IMG/VR virus record: IMGVR_UViG_3300045988_125155
Strand: one strand, 5' to 3'
Length of the DNA: 43,744 nucleotides
DNA from: a virus
Positions 33,279 through 41,691 of this stretch are shown piece by piece. The translations under genes were made by a program, and so were the position numbers. Within the stretch, counting starts at the first letter, position 1; each line of letters begins with the position of its first letter. Below the pieces are notes generated by a model. It saw nothing but the letters and a program-made list of their open reading frames with translations. It had not been told where the DNA came from and did no database searches.

Positions 33279-33620
33279 ATGGTCAGTATTGAGAAAGTAC
33301 AGCGCGGCATTGCCGCCTACATGGAGCAGGAAATCATTGCCCGATTGCCGGACGCAAGCCTTGGGAAAGCAGCTGCAAAGGGTGCGAAGTTCGTGTTTTT
33401 GGCACGGAGCAAGCAGGCGTTGGAAAGCCTTGCTGAAAACCCGGTTGCAAAGGCTTTTGGGCTTGCCGACACCGGGGAGCTGGATGTTGACATTGCGTGC
33501 GATGCGGCGAAAGAAGCCATCGGGGACAGCGGGCTTACCGTCACTTTGCCTGTGCTTGGCAGCCTTACTTTTTATCCTGCTGATGTGGATACGCTGAAAC
33601 ACATGATCGTGAGTGCATAA
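33279..33620 (+). CDS. hypothetical protein, 113 aa
   Basis: ATG 33279 follows GAGGTG. Confidence 0.55.
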   Translation: MVSIEKVQRGIAAYMEQEIIARLPDASLGKAAAKGAKFVFLARSKQALESLAENPVAKAFGLADTGELDVDIACDAAKEAIGDSGLTVTLPVLGSLTFYPADVDTLKHMIVSA

Positions 33621-33629
33621 GGAGCCAAC

Positions 33630-34067
33630 ATGAATTATCTTGAAAAGCTGGAAGCGGAAAAGCTGAGCTACATGGATTTGCCCGTTACGCTGGGCAGCAT
33701 GGAGATGATCCGCGAGATTGAAAAGACGAAGGAATGTCTGCACTGTGCGCAGGATGCAGAGCTGACCCGTGCCGACGCGGAAGCATGGATGGACAACATG
33801 GAGAACGAGGACGGCACATTCGGCGCACACTGGCCTGTGGAGCAGACGAAGATTTACCGGGAAGCGCGCGGCGTACACTGTGAGCCGTATGTCTGGGCCG
33901 CTGTGATGAACATGATGTACAGCGACTACTGCAAGGCGGCACGCAAGAACAGCGTGGACAGGCCGGAGTTTTATGCAGACCTTGCGGCGGCGTTTTTGGA
34001 GGACAAGGACGCGCCGGAGGATAAGGCCGGGCGGTATTACCACAATATTGCGGCAGTGCAGGAATAA
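33630..34067 (+). CDS. hypothetical protein, 145 aa
   Basis: AAGGAG RBS and protein-like composition. Confidence 0.65.
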   Translation: MNYLEKLEAEKLSYMDLPVTLGSMEMIREIEKTKECLHCAQDAELTRADAEAWMDNMENEDGTFGAHWPVEQTKIYREARGVHCEPYVWAAVMNMMYSDYCKAARKNSVDRPEFYADLAAAFLEDKDAPEDKAGRYYHNIAAVQE

Positions 34068-34112
34068 AAAATCAGCCCGCAGCTGACGAGAATTTCTCGA
34101 CAGTTGCGGGCT
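34066..34112. terminator. convergent (bidirectional) terminator between the late and early operons
   Basis: 12-bp outer stem AGCCCGCAGCTG / CAGTTGCGGGCT plus an inner 5-bp stem. The T-run is on the minus-strand side. Confidence 0.7.
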
Positions 34113-34120
34113 TTGCTGTG

Positions 34121-34564
34121 TCAGGGGAGAATATCAAGCTCCCATCCGGATGGGAGTTCCAGAAGAAACAGGCCGGTGCGTTCCTGCGCGCGTACCCAGA
34201 AATCGGAACGGTTCAGTTCTTTTGCTGTATCGCGGCGGGACTTGCCCTCAAAGTAAATGGCGATCAGGACAGATTGTTGGTCGGAGTTGAGGGGGCTCAT
34301 AGCTTCGTGCCGCTTGGAATAGGCTGTGTTCATCTCGGCGCGGGCACGGCAGTACCGGGCATAGGCTTTATCGTACCGTTCTGCCAGGCGGGCCACCGGG
34401 TCAGAGCGGGTGTTGCCTTTGGGCATACCGTCGGCAGGGTGAGCCGACATGGCGGCGTTGGATTCATAGAATTTATCGCGGGCCTCGATGAAGGCTTTCT
34501 GATAAGCGGCGTATTTTTCCATCCATTTTTGACGCTGGGTGTTGCCTGCTGGGGTAGAAGTCAT
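34121..34564 (-). CDS. sigma-70 region-4-like phage transcription regulator (RinA/ArpU/DUF1492-type guess)
   Basis: C-terminal LNSDQQSVLIAIYFEGKSRRDTAKELNRSDFWV. It is the last gene of the early operon. Confidence 0.5.
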   Translation of the reverse strand: MTSTPAGNTQRQKWMEKYAAYQKAFIEARDKFYESNAAMSAHPADGMPKGNTRSDPVARLAERYDKAYARYCRARAEMNTAYSKRHEAMSPLNSDQQSVLIAIYFEGKSRRDTAKELNRSDFWVRAQERTGLFLLELPSGWELDILP

Positions 34565-34761
34565 TTTATAAGCCTCCTTATGATTCTATAACATGCAATG
34601 CCGATACGGGTTACGACCAGCAGCGGCCAGAAAATAAGGGCAATAACGTTGTCTGCGCCGTCTACGGTGTCCATTCGGTCTGTGTGGTTGATGTACAGGA
34701 CGGCGAGCAGGCCGCACAGGTCGTAAACACAGACGGCGGCGATAACAAGGATAATGGTCAT
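34561..34761 (-). CDS. small membrane protein, 66 aa
   Basis: Internal ATG after GGAGGTG. Two hydrophobic spans. Confidence 0.5.
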   Translation of the reverse strand: MTIILVIAAVCVYDLCGLLAVLYINHTDRMDTVDGADNVIALIFWPLLVVTRIGIACYRIIRRLIK

Positions 34762-34848
34762 GGGGTCACCTCCGGGGGTTCGCGTCAACGGGCCGCACAG
34801 GGTCTTTCGGCTGGCTTGCGCCCGGGATCGGGCATCCTATTGTTGTAT

Positions 34849-35016
34849 TCATTCTTCTCCTCTCTCCTTGTCGCCAGAAACGTATGCTCCACTAGTAAAA
34901 TACAGATTCAGCAACTTCATTGCATCGCTATTCTGCCCGCCGTATGTTGACCATCCTTTTTCTTTCAGCTTGTTAAACAGCGATGTAACTGTATTTGCGT
35001 ATTCTTCCCAATTCAT
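34849..35016 (-). CDS. hypothetical 55-aa protein
   Basis: ATG 35016 follows GGAGGAG. Sequence begins MNWEEYANTVTSLFNKLKEKGWSTYGGQNSDAMKLLNLYF... Below the track cutoff. Confidence 0.45.
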   Translation of the reverse strand: MNWEEYANTVTSLFNKLKEKGWSTYGGQNSDAMKLLNLYFTSGAYVSGDKERGEE

Positions 35017-35162
35017 TTTTCTCCTCCGTGTGTATGTTCCATGCTGATATCTTCTCCCCGCTTCTGCGTCGCTTCCCGGCCAGCAGATACGCCCATGGCG
35101 TAGAATACAACGAACAGAGCGGCAAGCGCTGCACCGCCGATGATATTTGCTAGGATGGTCAT
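35013..35162 (-). CDS. small TM protein, 49 aa
   Basis: Internal ATG 35162 follows GGAGGT. Sequence begins MTILANIIGGAALAALFVVFYAMG. Confidence 0.45.
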   Translation of the reverse strand: MTILANIIGGAALAALFVVFYAMGVSAGREATQKRGEDISMEHTHGGEK

Positions 35163-35410
35163 TCGGTTACCTCCTCTACATACGCCATGCTCTGGCGCAG
35201 ATTGAGCGATTTCGGATTGAGAATACAAGCCGGGGCGACGGCATGGCTCATAAACGTTTTGTCGCCGCGCAACTTACCACCCACGCTCACACAGCGGACG
35301 TGGCCGAAATCCTTGCCACCACAATACCACGGCGTTGCAGTCCAAATCCAGCTGTCGTAGTGCGGGCATTTGCCCACATCGTAGCGGGCGATTGTAATAT
35401 CAAGTCCCAT
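35159..35410 (-). CDS. hypothetical protein, 83 aa
   Basis: ATG 35410 follows AAGGAG. TAATG overlap with the upstream gene. Confidence 0.5.
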   Translation of the reverse strand: MGLDITIARYDVGKCPHYDSWIWTATPWYCGGKDFGHVRCVSVGGKLRGDKTFMSHAVAPACILNPKSLNLRQSMAYVEEVTE

Positions 35411-35697
35411 TACAAACACTCCTTATCCAGCCCGCGGGCTACATACTGCCCATAGGTCAGGCCCAGGGCGGCTGCTTCGCGGACGCATTGCTCAATTGGT
35501 TTTATTGTTTTCTTCAGGCAGGGATGCGCAGCGGGTTTCTTGCCTTTTTTCAAAACACCGGCATCCATGCGGCGCTGGTAGGACGCCTGCGCGCTTTTGA
35601 TATTGCGCTTGCGGATGCAGGAATCGCAATAGCGCTTTGTGGGCTGTACGTCCCACATGATTTTCCCGCAGGTCTTGCAGAATTTTGTTGTGGTCAT
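35410..35697 (-). CDS. zinc-ribbon protein, 95 aa
   Basis: CKTC...CDSC cysteine pairs and a basic middle region. Confidence 0.55.
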   Translation of the reverse strand: MTTTKFCKTCGKIMWDVQPTKRYCDSCIRKRNIKSAQASYQRRMDAGVLKKGKKPAAHPCLKKTIKPIEQCVREAAALGLTYGQYVARGLDKECL

Positions 35698-36023
35698 AGC
35701 GGCTCCTTTGTTTGGGGCGCTTCAATGCCGATGCTTTGCAGCGTTACCTGCGCCCAGAGGTCGGCAAGCTGGTCATTGCGGTACTCGTTGTATTTATCAG
35801 CAACGGGGCCGGTCATTGCATCCTGAATCCGTTTCAGGGTGCGGGGAGAAAGACCGACCTGATAGCACGCCAGCAGGCACAGATAGGTAGCGCGGGTAGC
35901 AATGTCGTTGCGCTCCTTCATGACAGCTTCCTGCTCACGGCACTGGATGCCCTGAATTTTAGCTTCTGCATAGGCGTCTATAGCCTTCTGCATGGCCGGG
36001 GTGGGATGAAGTCTGGCTTTCAT
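35694..36023 (-). CDS. hypothetical protein, 109 aa
   Basis: Internal ATG 36023 follows GAGGAAG. Confidence 0.55.
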   Translation of the reverse strand: MKARLHPTPAMQKAIDAYAEAKIQGIQCREQEAVMKERNDIATRATYLCLLACYQVGLSPRTLKRIQDAMTGPVADKYNEYRNDQLADLWAQVTLQSIGIEAPQTKEPL

Positions 36024-36048
36024 GGGTTCACTTCCTCTATTTTGTTTT

Positions 36049-36825
36049 TCATGTTGCGATTTCCTCAAACGTCATTTGTTCTTGGGAAAAATCGAGCATT
36101 TTTTCTTTGGCGATGGCGTAAAACTTGCGGTCAACCTCAAACCCATAGCTATCCCGCCCACATTCATAGGCAGCGCGGAGGGTGGAGCCGGAACCGGCAC
36201 AGGGGTCAATCACGACGTCGCCGGGGTCTGTGAAAATTTCAATCAGGCGTTTCAACAGGTTTACCGGCTTTTGGGTGGGGTGTATTTTTGGATACTCCCT
36301 GCCGGAATCGCGCCGCCACTCGAACCAGTTATAAACCATGTGACCGCCGCCGTTAAATTTGGGGAGCTTGTCGCGGTAGAGCACAACGGCAAACTCGGTA
36401 GCGCCTACAATACGCATATTTGCTTTGAGCACCTGGGCCGAGTAGTTTTTTACGAAAAACAGCGGGTAGGACTTCATGAACCCGTACTTTTTGCCCCATT
36501 CGGCAATTTCCTGCATCTGCTCAAACGCGCAGAACACGATCATGGCCGGGGCTTTGCCGCGTTCCTTCGGCTCTTTGACAAGCAGCTTAGAACAGAAGTG
36601 CATATACTCTGCTATTTTGAAACGGCCATCTGTGTTAAAAAAGTTCTTTTTGGCGAGTTTGCTTTTTCCGTTTTTATTGTCACCGCCGTTGTACCAGACG
36701 GGATTGCTGGCGTAAGCGTTAGAGCCAATGTTATAGGGAATATCGGCGATTACCAGCTGGGCGTGCGGAATGCCATAGCACTTGTAATTTTGAAAATTAT
36801 CATGGTAAAGTTCGCAGATTGGCAT
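36049..36825 (-). CDS. DNA N6-adenine/N4-cytosine methyltransferase (beta class)
   Basis: ADIPYNIG is a DPPY-type motif placed N-terminally. VIDPCAGSGST is the SAM-binding motif placed C-terminally. The start was chosen at the ATG after GGAGGA. Confidence 0.8.
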   Translation of the reverse strand: MPICELYHDNFQNYKCYGIPHAQLVIADIPYNIGSNAYASNPVWYNGGDNKNGKSKLAKKNFFNTDGRFKIAEYMHFCSKLLVKEPKERGKAPAMIVFCAFEQMQEIAEWGKKYGFMKSYPLFFVKNYSAQVLKANMRIVGATEFAVVLYRDKLPKFNGGGHMVYNWFEWRRDSGREYPKIHPTQKPVNLLKRLIEIFTDPGDVVIDPCAGSGSTLRAAYECGRDSYGFEVDRKFYAIAKEKMLDFSQEQMTFEEIAT

Positions 36826-37213
36826 CTGCTTCATCCTCCATTTCTTCAATAAAAATTTCGGTGCGGGGGTTTTCTTTGTCGTACATCACGCGGCTGCCGT
36901 CCACGCTGGCAATGATGGTGTTATTGTCGTCTGCAAGGATTTTGGCGGCGACAAGGGTGTCATGGGCGGCCTCCATCAAGTTCGTTAGGTCTACTTTGCG
37001 GCGGGTCGGCATATAGAATACCGTGGCGACGCGGTAGCGGCCCGACAGCGTGACTTTCGGCTTTGGGGTGAGATACCACATAGCGGCCTGTTCGTACTTC
37101 TTGTACTGCCTGCTGGGGGCGATGAACGGTTTGCCGGTGCGGTGGTTGGTAAGTATCTGCTGGGAGTTCTTCTTGGTAATAGGGGGCAGGGAGATGATGT
37201 ATTTTTGGATCAT
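36800..37213 (-). CDS. rusA: RusA-family Holliday junction resolvase
   Basis: PPITKKNS...YMPTRRKVDLTNLMEAAHDTLVAAKILADDN matches the RusA pattern. ATGA overlap with the upstream gene. Confidence 0.75.
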   Translation of the reverse strand: MIQKYIISLPPITKKNSQQILTNHRTGKPFIAPSRQYKKYEQAAMWYLTPKPKVTLSGRYRVATVFYMPTRRKVDLTNLMEAAHDTLVAAKILADDNNTIIASVDGSRVMYDKENPRTEIFIEEMEDEADANLRTLP

Positions 37214-37866
37214 AAACTGCCCCACTGTTCTGCCATTGCAGCGGCGATGCCAGGGAATGTTTTTGCACGGTTTTTAGCTTTGTCTGTAGTAAACATGCCT
37301 TTATGTTGTTCGCCATGTTTGTGACTGTAGCTCCCGCTCGGACACCATGTAGCAACAGGCACCACAACATTTGTCGATTCAAGCGGCGGCAGTCCTTTAA
37401 GCCACAAGCAGGTTTTCTTGGTGTAAGGATGGCCGAATTGATAAGGCTGAATGGCTTGCGTGTACGGCGGCAGGCAGAATACTCTTGATGGAACAGGGTT
37501 CTCAACGCATATAAGTGGTATGTAAGCCCACCAAAACCGCATAAACAAGTCCCTGCCTTGAATGCCAAGCATGACCCTGTCGGACTGTAATTCATGGCCT
37601 TTCCATAAGTGCCTTGCGCCAGCGTTTGATAAGTAAGTGCAAGGTGGGTGTGCAATAAGCAAATCCCATGTACCTACATCATGATTTTTTCCGTCCATTG
37701 TTGTTACAATCCCACCTCGCAGCGGAATAAGTGCGTCTCCCAATATATGCCATTCCGGGTGTCCTCCAGACGGTTCCTGAATATCGCAGCTGTACGCTTC
37801 ATGTCCGCGTTCTCGGAACGCCTTGCAGACTGTCTGCGATTCTTCACAGGCAACTAATACTTTCAC
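37210..37866 (-). CDS. DNA cytosine-C5 methyltransferase-like protein
   Basis: GTG start after AAAGGAG. AHPPCTYLS is a PC-type motif and CVENPV an ENV-type motif. Confidence 0.6.
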   Translation of the reverse strand: MKVLVACEESQTVCKAFRERGHEAYSCDIQEPSGGHPEWHILGDALIPLRGGIVTTMDGKNHDVGTWDLLIAHPPCTYLSNAGARHLWKGHELQSDRVMLGIQGRDLFMRFWWAYIPLICVENPVPSRVFCLPPYTQAIQPYQFGHPYTKKTCLWLKGLPPLESTNVVVPVATWCPSGSYSHKHGEQHKGMFTTDKAKNRAKTFPGIAAAMAEQWGSL

Positions 37867-38048
37867 GGTACAATCTCCTTTACTTTCGCGTAATACTTCT
37901 CGCTGTACCAAATGTCCGGCAGGCGGGGATTTTGGGTGTAACCTGCGGTGCGCAGGGCGGCTTCGGCATTCCAACGTGTGGAATACAGGCGCTTGGAGTG
38001 TGTTATGTCTCCGGTAGAGCGGGAGTAGGCGATGATTTCATACTTCAT
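37863..38048 (-). CDS. hypothetical 61-aa protein
   Basis: Internal ATG: MKYEIIAYSRSTGDITHSKRLYSTRW... Confidence 0.45.
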   Translation of the reverse strand: MKYEIIAYSRSTGDITHSKRLYSTRWNAEAALRTAGYTQNPRLPDIWYSEKYYAKVKEIVP

Positions 38049-38196
38049 CGGTGTGCAGGGCCTCTTGCAGGTGCTTTTGCGCGCTGTCCATAATAACAGC
38101 GGCCTTTTCAAGTTTCTCTTTAGCGGAGCTGCGCAGGTTGGCTGCATAGGCAAGCTCGGCAAACGCGAGCTTGAGCAGAAAATCTTTATCAGTCAT
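38038..38196 (-). CDS. hypothetical 52-aa helical protein
   Basis: The ATG overlaps the DnaB stop (ATGACTGA). Sequence: MTDKDFLLKLAFAELAYAANLRSSAKEKLEKAAVIMDSAQKHLQEALHTDEV. Below the track cutoff. Confidence 0.4.
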   Translation of the reverse strand: MTDKDFLLKLAFAELAYAANLRSSAKEKLEKAAVIMDSAQKHLQEALHTDEV

Positions 38197-39376
38197 AGTC
38201 TGTCATCTCCATAAATCGTTGGTAGGTTCCGTCAAAGGCGATGTGCAAATCGCCTGTAATGCCGCGCTTATTCTTGGCAAGGGAGAAATAGTATTCAGTT
38301 TCGCCTTTGCCCAAAAGGATGATTGCGTCTGCGTCCTGCTCTATCTGGCCGGATTCTTTGAGGTCCTGCACCTTCGGTGCGCCCACGCCGCCGCGGTTTA
38401 TCTGGGCAAGCGCCACGACAAGGCGTCCTGTTGTCTGGGCTAGGGTGTGCAGCTGCATTGAAATGTTTGTGACAACCTCATACCGGCTGTTGCCCCTGCC
38501 GGGAATCAACTGCAAATAGTCCACGATGATGACATCTGCCTGTTTGGCTGCTGCGGTAGCCGATACCCATGCGACATTTTGACCGCCTGCATTGATGAGC
38601 CATAGCGGCAGGCTGCTGATAGCTGCGCACGCCTTGGCGTATTCTTCATCCTGTGGGGCACGGCGCTTAAAGACGATCTCCTCCATTGGGATAAGGGCAA
38701 AGCAGGAAATGAGCTTATCAAACAAGCCGACCTGGTCTGTCTCATAGGAGAAGAAGCAGACCTTTTTGCCGTCCTTGGCAAATTGCAATGCCATCTGCAA
38801 ACCGAGCGCGGTCTTTCCTGCACTGGGTCTGCCGCCGACAACGACCATCTGCCCGGGGCGGATAGAGCAGCGCCTATCCAGCGCGCTGAGGCCTGTCTTG
38901 ATGCTGCGGTCTGTCTTGTCGTTTTGCTCCATGAGCCACTTGCCTGCGACCTCTGCAACGGTCATGCAGCGGCTATCGACGCTGTCCTCTGTGAGGACGT
39001 CAGAGAGGGCCGCTGACAGCCCGCGCATGTCATCGACGCTTTTTCCGGCTTCTGCAATTTGAAGGCCAATTCGGGCGGCTCTGCGGCGCTGAGAGGCATC
39101 CTTGACAGCGGCAACGAATTTGCGGTAACCGCTGATAGAGGGAAGTGATGCAGCGCATACTGCGGCGGTATCGCGGTTCTTCATGAGCACATAGTCATCC
39201 TGTGCGAAGTACCCGCGCGTTGTGTACATTGATTTGATCTCGGCAAATGTGGCGGCGCAGGCACCGTCCGCAAAATCGCTTTCGCTTAGGTGGTCGATGC
39301 AGTAGAGGATGCTGTCCGGCGCGTAGACCATTGCGCCGATAATGCATTGTTCCGGTGTCGGGTTCAATCGATCCAC
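38189..39376 (-). CDS. dnaB: DnaB-type replicative helicase
   Basis: GGRPSAGKTALGLQMA is a Walker A motif and DVIIVDYLQL a Walker B motif. The C-terminal RecA-like region includes SGQIEQDAD. Confidence 0.9.
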   Translation of the reverse strand: MDRLNPTPEQCIIGAMVYAPDSILYCIDHLSESDFADGACAATFAEIKSMYTTRGYFAQDDYVLMKNRDTAAVCAASLPSISGYRKFVAAVKDASQRRRAARIGLQIAEAGKSVDDMRGLSAALSDVLTEDSVDSRCMTVAEVAGKWLMEQNDKTDRSIKTGLSALDRRCSIRPGQMVVVGGRPSAGKTALGLQMALQFAKDGKKVCFFSYETDQVGLFDKLISCFALIPMEEIVFKRRAPQDEEYAKACAAISSLPLWLINAGGQNVAWVSATAAAKQADVIIVDYLQLIPGRGNSRYEVVTNISMQLHTLAQTTGRLVVALAQINRGGVGAPKVQDLKESGQIEQDADAIILLGKGETEYYFSLAKNKRGITGDLHIAFDGTYQRFMEMTDYD

Positions 39377-40020
39377 TTCCTTTCCGGCGGGGCCGTCTGC
39401 TTGCGGCTACGCTCCCAGGTGCGCACTGCGGCTTTCCAGTCTTTCATTGGGCTCTTGCCTACCTTCCAACCCTTGCTTGTGTAGAAGTCGCAGAATTCGC
39501 TGCCATCAATGCCGTTATGGCGTTCCTGACAATAAGCGTTGACTTCTTCAGGCGTAGGGGGAACAAACCGCTTTGAAACGGGCACACCCTCGTCCCCCTG
39601 TGGGGGATTATAGGGGGTATTCTTAACTTCTTTATTCTTCTTTATATTAGGGTCTGTGTTAGCACTGTGTTGGTTCTGTGTTACCTGTTTGTTAGCTTCT
39701 GTGTTAGCACATTGGTAGTCACTGTAATTATTTACCGTAAATACGCTGAATTTCCCATGTTCGCACTGTGTTATTTCCTGTGTTGATTTTAGGTGGTTTA
39801 TAGCGGTACGAACGGATTGAACACTTATACCAGTATCTGTTGAAATTTGACGAATAGAGGAAACGGCCTGACCGGGTTCTAGTTGGACGCCTTTGTAGTA
39901 GCACGGCTCATAGCAAGCCAGAAACAGCAAGTGCAGAAACACGCATTTTGTGGGGGTATCGGTATACCAGCCCCACTTCATCATGCGGCGGTACAGCTTT
40001 ATGTAACCCTCGTTAGCCAT
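39364..40020 (-). CDS. replisome organiser / replication initiator
   Basis: N-terminal GYIKLYRRMMKWGWY... winged-helix-like region. It lies upstream of the helicase gene, and iterons are embedded in its linker region. Confidence 0.65.
   Translation of the reverse strand: MANEGYIKLYRRMMKWGWYTDTPTKCVFLHLLFLACYEPCYYKGVQLEPGQAVSSIRQISTDTGISVQSVRTAINHLKSTQEITQCEHGKFSVFTVNNYSDYQCANTEANKQVTQNQHSANTDPNIKKNKEVKNTPYNPPQGDEGVPVSKRFVPPTPEEVNAYCQERHNGIDGSEFCDFYTSKGWKVGKSPMKDWKAAVRTWERSRKQTAPPERKWID
39620..39790. promoter_or_regulatory. putative origin: AT-rich tract plus CTGTGTT(A/G) iterons
   Basis: Iterons at 39654, 39665, 39676, 39699, 39766 and 39778, all in the same orientation. TCTGTGTTAGCAC occurs twice (39653, 39698). 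An AT-rich tract spans 39620-39650. Confidence 0.55.
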
Positions 40021-40023
40021 TTT

Positions 40024-40263
40024 TCAACACTCCAAGTAATATTCTGCGACGCGGCACAGTCTGCCGTAACGGTTGCGGCGCTGCACCATGCGGGATGCCA
40101 CCGGGACGCCCCGGCGCTTTAGGTCGGTGATGCGGGAAGCAAGGCGACTGCATCCGAAGTCCTCGAGTGCATCCAGTGCGGTAATGGAATCGCCGTTTTC
40201 AAGCGCGGCGAGAATCTGGTCAAGCTGACTCGGCTGCTTTCTTTCGTTCTTTCTTTCATTCAT
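40024..40263 (-). CDS. winged-helix DNA-binding protein, 79 aa
   Basis: ATG follows GAGGTG. Pattern ITALDALEDFGCSRLASRITDLKRRG. Confidence 0.55.
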   Translation of the reverse strand: MNERKNERKQPSQLDQILAALENGDSITALDALEDFGCSRLASRITDLKRRGVPVASRMVQRRNRYGRLCRVAEYYLEC

Positions 40264-40273
40264 GGCGCGCACC

Positions 40274-40870
40274 TCAGAAATTCATTGATGAAGAGAGCGC
40301 ATTTGAAAGCTGCCGGATAATGTCGTAGCGGTCACGATATTTTTCGTAGGCTGTTTTTACTGCGCCCATGCAAATCTGGGTTTGATTGATAGAAGATGGG
40401 ACGATGTACACCTTGTTCCCGCTTTCTGAAAGTGCAATAAGGAAATACACATCGCATGTGGGACACCTTTTAGAAAGCCCAAACGAATAACATTTTGCAA
40501 TGCTTGCTGTTTTCGTCTGATGCGCCGTTTTCACATCTACTTTCACGCAACCATTAACATATAAATCGTAGGGGTATCTTGTACTCATACGCTTAACGGT
40601 GAAACCGTGCTGTTCAAGAAGCTCTTTTGCGATGGCTTCACCATCTTTTCCGGTTTGTGTTTCGCTTTCCTTCATTGGAAGGCCTAGGCGGTCAGCCCAG
40701 TCGTAATAACCGCCACTGCGGCGGATGCGGTTTGTAAGTGCATCGCTTCCATAAAAATCATGAAATTCTGCTCGAGACGGCATGCGCTTCAAGCCTAAAG
40801 CTGAAACGCAATCAAGTATTTTGGCTTGTACCATATCGTCCGTCCACTGCGTCCCAAATACATAGCCCAT
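40274..40870 (-). CDS. homing-endonuclease-like PD-(D/E)XK nuclease
   Basis: N-terminal W-T-x...LG...MPSRAEF...IRRSGGYYDWADRLGL resembles the homing-endonuclease-associated repeat. PYDLYV...VKVDVKT is a D...(D/E)xK motif. GC is lower than in the neighbouring genes. Confidence 0.5.
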   Translation of the reverse strand: MGYVFGTQWTDDMVQAKILDCVSALGLKRMPSRAEFHDFYGSDALTNRIRRSGGYYDWADRLGLPMKESETQTGKDGEAIAKELLEQHGFTVKRMSTRYPYDLYVNGCVKVDVKTAHQTKTASIAKCYSFGLSKRCPTCDVYFLIALSESGNKVYIVPSSINQTQICMGAVKTAYEKYRDRYDIIRQLSNALSSSMNF

Positions 40871-40890
40871 TTACATCACCTGCCTTTCTT

Positions 40891-41361
40891 TCAAAAATTA
40901 AAAGGGAGATCCCCCTCATCCTCAATGAGGGCATAGTCGTCAGACTGGCCAGAAGAATAGGAAACGTCTGGCATGCCCTGCGTGCGCTGTGAGGGGGCTG
41001 CGGGGCGCTGTGCGGCGTTCTGCGGGGCTGGGTTGGTACTTCCCTTACTGCCGCAGAAACTCACGTTCTGGGCCACGATTTCAACGGCTGTGCGGTTCTG
41101 GCCGTTCTTGTCCTGATACTGGCGCGTCTGCAAGCGGCCATCAATGGCAATCAGCGCACCTTTTGGGAAGTATTTGCAGATGAATTCGGCAGTCTTGCCC
41201 CAGGCGGTGACATCGAGCCAATTCGTCTGGCTCTGGCCGCTGGCATCCTTATAGCCGGAATCGTTGGCAATGCGGAAGGAACAGACGGACTTGCCGCTGT
41301 TCGTGGTTTTGAGTTCCGGGTCTTTGACCATGCGGCCAATAATGGCAACAACATTCAACAT
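40891..41361 (-). CDS. ssb: single-stranded DNA-binding protein
   Basis: OB-fold N-terminus (VAIIGRMVKDPELKTTNSGKSVCSFRIA), Gln/Pro-rich linker and an acidic tail (EDEGDLPF). Confidence 0.9.
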   Translation of the reverse strand: MLNVVAIIGRMVKDPELKTTNSGKSVCSFRIANDSGYKDASGQSQTNWLDVTAWGKTAEFICKYFPKGALIAIDGRLQTRQYQDKNGQNRTAVEIVAQNVSFCGSKGSTNPAPQNAAQRPAAPSQRTQGMPDVSYSSGQSDDYALIEDEGDLPFNF

Positions 41362-41364
41362 AGG

Positions 41365-41691
41365 TTAGTCCTCCAAGTAGTTAATATAGAAGCGGCGGCG
41401 AAAGTCGTCGTGATCCCAATGGTAATAGGCTTCTGCAAGCACTTGGCCTTGCTTGTGGTAGTGGTCTTGCAGGTCACCGCTTGAATGAATGGCAGCGTGG
41501 CAGGCGGGGCAGACGTTAATCCAGAGGCCCAGCGCCTTGCTGGCCTTGCGGCGGCTTCCGCCGTAGATTTCATGCCGGGCGGTGTCTCCAAAGCGGTGGC
41601 AGTGATAACAGCGGAACGATTCATGTACGAACAGCGACGGCGCGTAGCCGTTCTTGTCAAGCTTCACGCCGAATTCATTGCGGGTCTGCAT
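41365..41691 (-). CDS. HNH/zinc-finger nuclease-like protein
   Basis: CYHCHRFGDTARHEIYGG...VCPACHAAIH. Confidence 0.55.
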   Translation of the reverse strand: MQTRNEFGVKLDKNGYAPSLFVHESFRCYHCHRFGDTARHEIYGGSRRKASKALGLWINVCPACHAAIHSSGDLQDHYHKQGQVLAEAYYHWDHDDFRRRFYINYLED

